A stretch of DNA of 64,000 bases, from the NCBI RefSeq assembly GCF_009914755.1, contig NC_060941.1; one strand, written 5' to 3'. A model generated the notes under the pieces. That model did no database searches and had not been told where the DNA came from. It was given only the letters and a program-made list of their open reading frames with translations. The DNA is from the human T2T-CHM13v2.0 reference genome, Homo sapiens. Positions 52,801 through 64,000 of the stretch are shown one piece after another. Each line of letters opens with the position of its first letter. Within the stretch, counting starts at the first letter, position 1. The translations under genes and the position numbers were made by a program.

Positions 52801-55800
52801 ACATGACATCTAGACAGAAGCATTCTCAGAAGCTTCTCTGTGATGACTGCATTCAACTCACGGAGTTGAACACTCCTTTTGAGAGCGCAGTTTTGAAACT
52901 CTCTTTCTGTGGCATCTGCAAGGGGACATGTAGACCTCTTTGAAGATTTCTTTGGAAACGGAATCATCTTCACATAAAAACTATACAGATGCATTCTCAG
53001 GAACTTTTTGGTGATGTTTGTATTCAACTCCCAGAGTTGAACTTTCCTTTGGAAAGAGCAGCTATGAAACACTCTTTTTCTAGAATCTGCAAGTGGACGT
53101 TTGGAGGGCTTTGTGGTTTGTGGTGGAAAAGGAAATATCTTCACCTAAATACTAGATAGAAGCATTCTCAGAAACTGCTTTGTGATGATTGCATTCACCT
53201 CACAGAGTTGAACATTCCTATTGATAGAGCAGTTTGGAAACACTCTTGTTGTGGAATGTGCAAGTGGAGATTTGGAGCGCTTTGAGGTCTATGGTAGTAA
53301 ATGGAATAGCTTCATAGAAAAACTAGACAGAAGCATTCTCAGAAAATACTTTGTGATGATTGAGTTTAACTCACAGAGCTGAACATTCCTTTGGATGGAG
53401 CAGGTTTGAGACACACTTTTTGTAGAATCTACAAGTGGATATTTGGACCTCTCTGAGGATTTCGTTGGAAACGGGATAACTGCACCTAACTAAACGGAAG
53501 CATTCTCAGAAACTTCTTGGTGATGTTTGCATTCAAATCCCAGAGTTGAACCTTCCTTTGATAGTTCAGGTTTGAAACACTCTTTTTGTAGGATCTGCAA
53601 GTGGATATTTGGACCACTCTGTGGCCTTCGTTCGAAACGGGTATATCTTCGCATAAAATCTAGACAGAAGCCTTCTCAGAAACTTCTCTGTGATGATTGC
53701 ATTCAACTCACAGAGTTGAACCCTCCTATGGATAGAGCAGTGTTGAAACTCTCTTTTTGTGGAATCTGCAAGTGGATATGTGGACCTCTCCGAAGATGTC
53801 TTTGGAAACGGGAATATCTTCACATAAAAACTAAACAGAAGCATTCTCAGAAACTTCTCTGTGATGTTTGTGTTCAACTCCCAGAGTTTCACATTGCTTT
53901 TCATAGAGTAGTTCTGAAACATGCTTTTCGTAGTGTCTACAAGTGGACATTTGGAGCGCTTTCAGGCCTGTGGTGGAAAACGAATTATGGTCACATAAAA
54001 ACTGGAGAGAAGCATTGTCAGAAACTTCTTTGTGATGATTGCATTCAACTCACAGAGATGAAGGTTCCTTTTCAAAGAGCAGTTTCCAATCACTCTTTCT
54101 GTGGAATCTGCAAGTGGATATTTGGACCTATTTTGAAGATTTCGTTGGAAACGGGAGAATCTTCACAGGAAAGCTAAACAGAAGCATTCTCAGAAACTTC
54201 TTTGTGATGCTTGCATTCAACTCACAGAGTTGAACTTTCCTTTCGAGAGAGAAGCTTTGAAACACTCTTTTTCCAGAATCTGCAAGTGGACATTTGGAGG
54301 GCTTTGAGGCCTGTGGTGGAAAAGGAATTATCTTCCCGTAAAAGCTAGATAGAACCATTGTCAGAAACTACTTTGTGATGATTGCATTCAAGTCACAGAG
54401 TTCAACATTCCCTTTGACAGAGCAGTTTGGAAACTCTCTTTGTGTAGAATCTGCAAGTGGAGATATGGACCGCTTTCAGGCCTATGGTAGTAAAGGAAAT
54501 AGCTTCATATAAAAGCTAGACAGTAGCATTCACAGAAAACTCTTGGTGACGACTGAGTTTAACTCACAGAGCTGAACATTCCTTTGGATGGAGCAGTTTT
54601 GAAACACACTATTTGTAGAATGTGCAAGTGGATATTTGGGCCTCTCTGAGGATTTCGTTGGAAACGGGATAAACGGCACAGAACTAAACAGAAGCATTCT
54701 CAGAACCTTCTTCGTGATGTTTGCATTCAACTCACGGTGTTGAACCTTTCTTTGATAGTTCAGGTTTGAAACGGTCTTTCTGTAGAAACTGCAAGTAGAT
54801 ATTTGGACCTCTCTGAGGATTTCGTTGGAAACGGGGTAACCCGCAAAGAACTAAAACAGAAGCATTCTCAGAACCCTCTTCGTGATGTTTGCATTCAACT
54901 CACAGTGCTGAACCTTTCTTTGATAGTTCAGCTTTGAAACACTCTTTTTGTAGAAACTGCAAGTGGATACTTGTTCCTCTCTGAGGATTTCGTTGGAAAC
55001 GGGATAAACCTCACAGAACTAAACAGAAACATACTCAGAACCTTCTTCGTGATGTCTGCATTCAACTCACAGTGTGGAACCTTTCTTTGATAGTTCAGGT
55101 TTGAAACACTCTTTTTGTACAAACTGCAAGGGGATAATTGCACTTCCTTGAGGCGTACCACAGTAAAGGAAATAACTTCCTATAAAAAGAAGACAGAAGC
55201 TTTCTCAGAAAATTCTTTGGGATGATTGAGTTGAACTCACAGAGCTGAACATTCCTTGCGATGTAGCAGTTTAGAAACACACTTTCTGCAGAATCTGCAA
55301 GTGCATAATTGGACCTCTGTGAGGAATTCGTTGGAAACGGGATAATTTCAGCTGACTAAACAGAAGCAGTCTCAGAATCTTCTTTGTGATGTTTGCATTC
55401 AAATCCCAGAGTTGAACTTTCCTTTCAAAGTTCACGTTTGAAACACTCTTTTTGCAGGATCTACAATTTTATATTTGGACCGCTCTGTGTCCTTCGTTCG
55501 AAACGGGTATATCTTCACATGACATCTAGAAAGAAGCATTCTCAGAAGCTTCTCTGTGATGACTGCATTCAACTCACGGAGTTGAACACTCCTTTTGAGA
55601 GCGCAGTTTTGAAACTCTCTTTCTGTGGCATCTGCAAGGAGACATGTAGACCTCTTTGAAGATTTCTTTGGAAACGGAATCATCTTCACATAAAAACTAT
55701 ACAGATGCATTCTCAGGAACTTTTTTTTGATGTTTGTATTCAACTCCCAGAGTTGAACTTTCCTTTGGAAAGAGCAGCTATGAAAAACGCTTTTTCTAGA

Positions 55801-58800
55801 ATCTGCAAGTGGACGTTTGGAGGGCTTTGTGGTTTGTGGTGGAAAAGGAAATATCTTCACCTAAATACTAGATAGAAGCATTCTCAGAAACTGCTTTGTG
55901 ATGATTGCATTCACCTCACAGAGTTGAACATTCCTATTGATAGAGCAGTTTGGAAACACTCTTGTTGTGGAATGTGCAAGTGGAGATTTGGAGCGCTTTG
56001 AGGCCTATGGTAGTAAAGGGAATAGCTTCATAGAAAAACTAGACAGAAGCATTCTCAGAAAATACTTTGTGATGATTGAGTTTAACTCACAGAGCTGAAC
56101 ATTCCTTTGGATGGAGCAGGTTTGAGACACACTTTTTGTAGAATCTACAAGTGGATATTTGGACCTCTCTGAGGAATTCGTTGGAAACGGGATAACTGCA
56201 CCTAACTAAACGGAAGCATTCTCAGAAACTTCTTGGTGATGTTTGCATTCAAATCCCAGAGTTGAACCTTCCTTTGATAGTTCAGGTTTGAAACACTCTT
56301 TTTGTAGGATCTGCAAGTGGATATTTGGACCACTCTGTGGCCTTCTTTCGAAACGGGTACATCTTCGCATAAAATCTAGACAGAAGCCTTCTCAGAAACT
56401 TCTCTGTGATGATTGCATTCAACTCACAGAGTTGCACCCTCCTATGGATAGAGCAGTGTTGAAACTCTCTTTTTGTGGAATCTGCAAGTGGATATGTGGA
56501 CCTCTCCGAAGATGTCTTTGGAAACGGGAATATCTTCACATAAAAACTAAACAGAAGCATTCTCAGAAACTTCTCTGTGATGTTTGTGTTCAACTCCCAG
56601 AGTTTCACATTGCTTCTCATAGAGTAGTTCTGAAACATGCTTTTCGTAGTGTCTGCAAGTGGACATTTGGAGCGCTTTCAGGCCTGTGGTGGAAAACGAA
56701 TTATGGTCACATAAAAACTGGAGAGAAGCATTGTCAGAAACTTCTTTGTGATGATTGCATTCAACTCACAGAGTTGAAGGTTCCTTTTCAAAGAGCAGTT
56801 TCCAATCACTCTTTCTGTGGAATCTGCAAGTGGATATTTGGACCTCTTTGAAGATTTCGTTGGAAACGGGAGAATCTTCACAGAAAAGCTAAACAGAAGC
56901 ATTCTCAGAAACTTCTTTGTGATGCTTGCATTCAACTCACAGAGTTGAACTTTCCTTTCGAGAGAGAAGCTTTGAAACACTCTTTTTCCAGAATCTGCAA
57001 GTGGACATTTGGAGGGCTTTGAGGCCTGTGGTGGAAAAGGAATTATCTTCCCGTAAAAGCTAGATAGAAGCATTCTCAGAAACTACTTTGTGATGATTGC
57101 ATTCAAGTCACAGAGTTGAACATTCCCTTTGACAGAGCAGTTTGGAAACTCTCTTTGTGTAGAATCTGCAAGTGGAGATATGGACCGCTTTGAGGCCTAT
57201 GGTAGTAAAGGAAATAGCTTCATATAAAAGCTAGACATTAGCATTCACAGAAAACTCTTGGTGACGACTGAGTTTAACTCACAGAGCTGAACATTCCTTT
57301 GGATGGAGCAGTTTCGAAACACACTATTTGTAGAATGTGCAAGTGGATATTGGGGCCTCTCTGAGGATTTCGTTGGAAACGGGATAAACCGCACAGAACT
57401 AAACAGAAGCATTCTCACAACCTTCTTCGTGATGTTTGCATTCAACTCACAGTGTTGAACCTTTCTTTGATAGTTCAGGTTTGAAACGGTCTTTCTGTAG
57501 AAACTGCAAGTAGATATTTGGACCTCTCTGAGGATTTCGTTGGAAACGGGATAACCCGCACAGAACTAAAACAGAAGCATTCTCAGAACCCTCTTCGTGA
57601 TGTTTGCATTCAACTCACAGTGCTGAACCTTTCTTTGATAGTTCAGCTTTGAAACACTCTTTTTGTAGAAACTGCAAGTGGATATTTGGTCCTCTCTGAG
57701 GATTTCGTTGGAAACGGGATAAACTGCACAGAACTAAACAGAAGCATTCTCAGAACCTTCTTCGTGATGTCTGCATTCAACTCACAGTGTGGAACCTTTC
57801 TTTGATAGGTCAGGTTTGAAACACTCTTTTTGTAGAAACTGCAAGGGGATAATTGCACTCTTTGAGGAGTACCGTAGTAAAGGAAATAACTTCCTATAAA
57901 AAGAAGACAGAAGCTTTCTCAGAAAATTCTTTGGGATGATTGAGTGGAACTCACAGAGCTGAGCATTCCTTGCGATGTAGCAGTTTAGAAACACACTTTC
58001 TGCAGAATCTGCAAGTGCATATTTGGACCTCTGTGAGGAATTCGTTAGAAACGGGATAATTTCAGCTGACTAAACAGAAGCAGTCTCAGAATCTTCTTTG
58101 TGATGTTTGCATTCAAATCCCCGAGTTGAACTTTCCTTTCAAAGTTCACGTTTGAAACACTCTTTTTGCAGGATCTACAAGTGGATATTTGGACCACTCT
58201 GTGTCCTTCGTTCGAAACGGGTATATCTTCACATGACATCTAGACAGAAGCATTCTCAGAAGCTTCTCTGTGATGACTGCATTCAACTCACGGAGTTGAA
58301 CACTCCTTTTGAGAGCGCAGTTTTGAAACTCTCTTTCTGTGGCATCTGCAAGGGGACATGTAGACCTCTTTGAAGATTTCGTTGGAAACGGAATCATCTT
58401 CACATAAAAACTATACAGATGCATTCTCAGGAACTTTTTGGTGATGTTTGTATTCAACTCCCAGAGTTGAACTTTCCTTTGGAAAGAGCAGCTATGAAAC
58501 ACTCTTTTTCTAGAATCTGCAAGTGGACGTTTGGAGGGCTTTGTGGTTTGTGGTGGAAAAGGAAATATCTTCACCTAAATACTAGATAGAAGCATTCTCA
58601 GAAACTGCTTTGTGATGATTGCATTCACCTCACAGAGTTGAACATTCCTATTGATAGAGCAGTTTGGAAACACTCTTGTTGTGGAATGTGCAAGTGGAGA
58701 TTTGGAGCGCTTTGAGGTCTATGGTAGTAAAGGGAATAGCTTCATAGAAAAACTAGACAGAAGCATTCTCAGAAAATACTTTGTGATGATTGAGTTTAAC

Positions 58801-61800
58801 TCACAGAGCTGAACATTCCTTTGGATGGAGCAGGTTTGAGACACACTTTTTGTAGAATCTACAAGTGGATATTTGGACCTCTCTGAGGATTTCGTTGGAA
58901 ACGGGATAACTGCACCTAACTAAACGGAAGCATTCTCAGAAACTTCTTGGTGATGTTTGCATTCAAATCCCAGAGTTGAACCTTCCTTTGATAGTTCAGG
59001 TTTGAAACACTCTTTTTGTAGGATCTGCAAGTGGATATTTGGACCACTCTGTGGCCTTCGTTCGAAACGGGTATATCTTCGCATAAAATCTAGACAGAAG
59101 CCTTCTCAGAAACTTCTCTGTGATGATTGCATTCAACTCACAGAGTTGAACCCTCCTATGGATAGAGCAGTGTTGAAACTCTCTTTTTGTGGAATCTGCA
59201 AGTGGATATGTGGACCTCTCCGAAGATGTCTTTGGAAACGGGAATATCTTCACATAAAAACTAAACAGAAGCATTCTCAGAAACTTCTCTGTGATGTTTG
59301 TGTTCAACTCCCAGAGTTTCACATTGCTTTTCATAGAGTAGTTCTGAAACATGCTTTTCGTAGTGTCTACAAGTGGACATTTGGAGCGCTTTCAGGCCTG
59401 TGGTGGAAAACGAATTATGGTCACATAAAAACTGGAGAGAAGCATTGTCAGAAACTTCTTTGTGATGATTGCATTCAACTCACAGAGATGAAGGTTCCTT
59501 TTCAAAGAGCAGTTTCCAATCACTCTTTCTGTGGAATCTGCAAGTGGATATTTGGACCTATTTTGAAGATTTCGTTGGAAACGGGAGAATCTTCACAGAA
59601 AAGCTAAACAGAAGCATTCTCAGAAACTTCTTTGTGATGCTTGCATTCAACTCACAGAGTTGAACTTTCTTTTCGAGAGACAAGCTTTGAAACACTCTTT
59701 TTCCAGAATCTGCAAGTGGACATTTGGAGGGCTTTGAGGCCTGTGGTGGAAAAGGAATTATCTTCCCGTAAAAGCTAGATAGAAGCATTCTCAGAAACTA
59801 CTTTGTGATGATTGCATTCAAGTCACAGAGTTGAACATTCCCTTTGACAGAGCAGTTTGGAAACTCTCTTTGTGTAGAATCTGCAAGTGGAGATATGGAC
59901 CGCTTTGAGGCCTATGGTAGTAAAGGAAATAGCTTCATATAAAAGCTAGACAGTAGCATTCACAGAAAACTCTTGGTGACGACTGAGTTTAAATCACAGA
60001 GCTGAACATTCCTTTGGATGGAGCAGTTTCGAAACACACTATTTGTAGAATGTGCAAGTGGATATTTGGGCCTCTCTGAGGATTTCATTGGAAACGGGAT
60101 AAACCGCACAGAACTAAACAGAAGCATTCTCAGAACCTTCTTCGTGATGTTTGCATTCAACTCACAGTGTTGAACCTTTCTTTGATAGTTCAGGTTTGAA
60201 ACGGTCTTTCTGTAGAAACTGCAAGTAGATATTTGGACCTCTCTGAGGATTTCGTTGGAAACGGGATAACCCGCACAGAACTAAAACAGAAGCATTCTCA
60301 GAACCCTCTTCGTGATGTTTGCATTCAACTCACAGTGCTGAACCTTTCTTTGATAGTTCAGCTTTGAAACACTCTTTTTGTAGAAACTGCAAGTGGATAT
60401 TTGGTCCTCTCTGAGCATTTCGTTGGAAACGGGATAAACTGCACAGAACTAAACAGAAGCATTCTCAGAACCTTCTTCGTGATGTCTGCATTCAACTCAC
60501 AGTGTGGAACCTTTCTTTGATAGTGCAGGTTTGAAACACTCTTTTTGTACAAACTGCAAGGGGATAATTGCACTTCCTTGAGGCCTACCACAGTAAAGGA
60601 AATAACTTCCTATAAAAAGAAGACAGAAGCTTTCTCAGAAAATTCTTTGGGATGATTGAGTTGAACTCACAGAGCTGAACATTCCTTGCGATGTAGCAGT
60701 TTAGAAACACATTTTCTGCAGAATCTGCAAGTGCATATTTGGACCTCTGTGAGGAATTCGTTGGAAACGGGATAATTTCAGCTGACTAAACAGAAGCAGT
60801 CTCAGAATCTTCTTTGTGATGTTTGCATTCAAATCCCAGAGTTGAACTTTCCTTTCAAAGTTCACGTTTGAAACACTCTTTTTGCAGGATCTACAATTTT
60901 ATATTTGGACCGCTCTGTGTCCTTCGTTCGAAACGGGTATATCTTCACATGACATCTAGAAAGAAGCATTCTCAGAAGCTTCTCTGTGATGACTGCATTC
61001 AACTCACGGAGTTGAACACTCCTTTTGAGAGCGCAGTTTTGAAACTCTCTTTCTGTGGCATCTGCAAGGAGACATGTAGACCTCTTTGAAGATTTCTTTG
61101 GAAACGGAATCATCTTCACATAAAAACTATACAGATGCATTCTCAGGAACTTTTTGGTGATGTTTGTATTCAACTCCCAGAGTTGAACTTTCCTTTGGAA
61201 AGAGCAGCTATGAAACACTCTTTTTCTAGAATCTGCAAGTGGACGTTTGGAGGGCTTTGTGGTTTGTGGTGGAAAAGGAAATATCTTCACCTAAATACTA
61301 GATAGAAGCATTCTCAGAAACTGCTTTGTGATGATTGCATTCACCTCACAGAGTGGAACATTCCTATTGATAGAGCAGTTTGGAAACACTCTTGTTGTGG
61401 AATGTGCAAGTGGAGATTTGGAGCGCTTTGAGGCCTATGGTAGTAAAGGGAATAGCTTCATAGAAAAACTAGACAGAAGCATTCTCAGAAAATACTTTGT
61501 GATGATTGAGTTTAACTCACAGAGCTGAACATTCCTTTGGATGGAGCAGGTTTGAGACAGACTTTTTGTAGAATCTACAAGTGGATATTTGGACCTCTCT
61601 GAGGATTTCGTTGGAAACGGGATAACTGCACCTAACTAAACGGAAGCATTCTCAGAAACTTCTTGGTGATGTTTGCATTCAAATCCCAGAGTTGAACCTT
61701 CCTTTGATAGTTCAGGTTTGAAACACTCTTTTTGTAGGATCTGCAAGTGGATATTTGGACCACTCTGTGGCCTTCTTTCGAAACGGGTACATCTTCGCAT

Positions 61801-64000
61801 AAAATCTAGACAGAAGCCTTCTCAGAAACTTCTCTGTGATGATTGCATTCAACTCACAGAGTTGCACCCTCCTATGGATAGAGCAGTGTTGAAACTCTCT
61901 TTTTGTGGAATCTGCAAGTGGATATGTGGACCTCTCCGAAGATGTCTTTGGAAACGGGAATATCTTCACATAAAAACTAAACAGAAGCATTCTCAGAAAC
62001 TTCTCTGTGATGTTTGTGTTCAACTCCCAGAGTTTCACATTGCTTCTCATAGAGTAGTTCTGAAACATGCTTTTCGTAGTGTCTGCAAGTGGACATTTGG
62101 AGCGCTTTCAGGCCTGTGGTGGAAAACGAATTATGGTCACATAAAAACTGGAGAGAAGCATTGTCAGAAACTTCTTTGTGATGATTGCATTCAACTCACA
62201 GAGTTGAAGGTTCCTTTTCAAAGAGCAGTTTCCAATCACTCTTTCTGTGGAATCTGCAAGTGGATATTTGGACCTCTTTGAAGATTTCGTTGGAAACGGG
62301 AGAATCTTCACAGAAAAGCTAAACAGAAGCATTCTCAGAAACTTCTTTGTGATGCTTGCATTCAACTCACAGAGTTGAACTTTCCTTTCGAGAGAGAAGC
62401 TTTGAAACACTCTTTTTCCAGAATCTGCAAGTGGACATTTGGAGGGCTTTGAGGCCTGTGGTGGAAAAGGAATTATCTTCCCGTAAAAGCTAGATAGAAG
62501 CATTCTCAGAAACTACTTTGTGATGATTGCATTCAAGTCACAGAGTTGAACATTCCCTTTGACAGAGCAGTTTGGAAACTCTCTTTGTGTAGAATCTGCA
62601 AGTGGAGATATGGACCGCTTTGAGGCCTATGGTAGTAAAGGAAATAGCTTCATATAAAAGCTAGACAGTAGCATTCACAGAAAACTCTTGGTGACGACTG
62701 AGTTTAACTCACAGAGCTGAACATTCCTTTGGATGGAGCAGTTTCGAAACACACTATTTGTAGAATGTGCAAGTGGATATTTGGGCCTCTCTGAGGATTT
62801 CGTTGGAAACGGGATAAACCGCACAGAACTAAACAGAAGCATTCTCAGAACCTTCTTCGTGATGTTTGCATTCAACTCACAGTGTTGAACCTTTCTTTGA
62901 TAGTTCAGGTTTGAAACGGTCTTTCTGTAGAAACTGCAAGTAGATATTTGGACCTCTCTGAGGATTTCGTTGGAAACGGGATAACCCGCACAGAACTAAA
63001 ACAGAAGCATTCTCAGAACCCTCTACGTGATGTTTGCATTCAACTCACAGTGCTGAACCTTTCTTTGATAGTTCAGCTTTGAAACACTCTTTTTGTAGAA
63101 ACTGCAAGTGGATATTTGGTCCTCTCTGAGGATTTCGTTGGAAACGGGATAAACTGCACAGAACTAAACAGAAGCATTCTCAGAACCTTCTTCGTGATGT
63201 CTGCATTCAACTCACAGTGTGGAACCTTTCTTTAATAGTTCAGGTTTGAAACACTCTTTTTGTAGAAACTGCAAGGGGATAATTGCACTCTTTGAAGAGT
63301 ACCGTAGTAAAGGAAATAACTTCCTCTAAAAAGAAGACAGAAGCTTTCTCAGAAAATTCTTTGGGATGATTGAGTTGAACTCACAGAGCTGAGCATTCCT
63401 TGCGATGTAGCAGTTTAGAAACACACTTTCTGCAGAATCTGCAAGTGCATATTTGGACCTCTCTGAGGAATTCGTTGGAAACGGGATAATTTCAGCTGAC
63501 TAAACAGAAGCAGTCTCAGAATCTTCTTTGTGATGTTTGCATTCAAATCCCAGAGTTGAACTTTCCTTTCAAAGTTCACGTTTGAAACACTCTTTTTGCA
63601 GGATCTACAAGTGGATATTTGGACCACTCTGTGTCCTTCGTTCGAAACGGGTATATCTTCACATGACATCTAGACAGAAGCATTCTCAGAAGCTTCTCTG
63701 TGATGACTGCATTCAACTCACGGAGTTGAACACTCCTTTTGAGAGCGCAGTTTTGAAACTCTCTTTCTGTGGCATCTGCAAGGGGACATGTAGACCTCTT
63801 TGAAGATTTCTTTGGAAACGGAATCATCTTCACATAAAAACTATACAGATGCATTCTCAGGAACTTTTTGGTGATGTTTGTATTCAACTCCCAGAGTTGA
63901 ACTTTCCTTTGGAAAGAGCAGCTATGAAACACTCTTTTTCTAGAATCTGCAAGTGGACGTTTGGAGGGCTTTGTGGTTTGTGGTGGAAAAGGAAATATCT

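Larger units (their letters stand above)
1..64000 (+). repeat. D17Z1: Centromeric alpha-satellite higher-order repeat array, 16-mer HOR, most likely human chr17 D17Z1 (SF3, pentamer-derived)
   Basis: Alphoid motifs (GCATTCTCAGAAACT, TCAACTCACAGAGTTGAAC, TGCAAGTGGATATTTGG, TTCGTTGGAAACGGGA) recur every 167-171 bp. EcoRI GAATTC at 2381, 5096, 7811, 10525, 13240, 15953, 18498, 21210, 23590, 26305, 28685, 31400, 34114, 36827, 39372, 42086, 44800, 47347, 49894, 52608, 55324, 58038, 60754, 63468. A 2.7-kb EcoRI 16-mer with 15- and 14-mer variants is the established D17Z1 structure. Alpha satellite is certain; the D17Z1 and species assignment rests on recalled structure. Confidence 0.93.

Noticed and set aside
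53527-54233. Longer 216-aa ORF (also at 58957) as a novel coding variant
   Set aside because: Caused by a 1-bp insertion (GGACCTATTTTG) that shifts the frame past the usual stop; it is only a marker of the 5430-bp duplication.
585-62281. Recurrent 202-aa ORF (MHSNPRVEP...) and the other repeated 60-216 aa ORFs on both strands
   Set aside because: They are translations of alpha satellite (171 bp = 57 codons keeps the frame between monomers). Many start at TTG/GTG, they overlap on both strands, and stops or frameshifts break them in some units (19416, 32319, 40291). The Cys/His richness is compositional, not zinc-finger spacing.
1-64000. CRISPR-like or other repeat-spacer system
   Set aside because: Sequence between the conserved motifs is itself homologous from monomer to monomer and unit to unit; there are no unique spacers, leader or cas genes.
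1-64000. L1/Alu insertion, inversion or non-satellite island
   Set aside because: Every inter-EcoRI distance is explained by 14, 15 or 16 monomers, all CENP-B boxes are on the same strand, and I saw no poly(A) tails or foreign sequence.
1-64000. Synthetic or model-generated array (alphoid HAC construct or statistical reference model)
   Set aside because: Long linked SNP haplotypes, nested duplications and private mutations fit a natural assembled array, and I saw no vector or operator sequence. Not formally excluded without provenance.

Overview
The whole 64 kb window is one uninterrupted, single-orientation array of primate centromeric alpha satellite (167-171 bp monomers). It is organised as a 16-monomer higher-order repeat (HOR) of about 2711-2716 bp with one EcoRI site per unit and a triplicated CENP-B-box monomer. 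This architecture matches human chromosome 17 D17Z1 (suprachromosomal family 3); I recognised it from structure and did not align it. Between the 24 periodic EcoRI sites I count 17 16-mers, 4 15-mers and 2 14-mers, and no 13-mer. I see no genes, RNA genes, transposon insertions, inversions or CRISPR arrays, and all listed ORFs are by-products of the repeat. I found no evidence of a new biological system. The signal worth following is array evolution: every monomer-number variant breaks inside the triplicated monomer with three distinct junctions, there are super-repeats of 5095 bp (16+14-mer) and 5430 bp (16+16-mer), SNP haplotypes are shared in patches at about 16-21 kb offsets, and CENP-B box content varies from about 4 to 8 per unit. 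Coordinates were counted by eye and may be off by a few bases.
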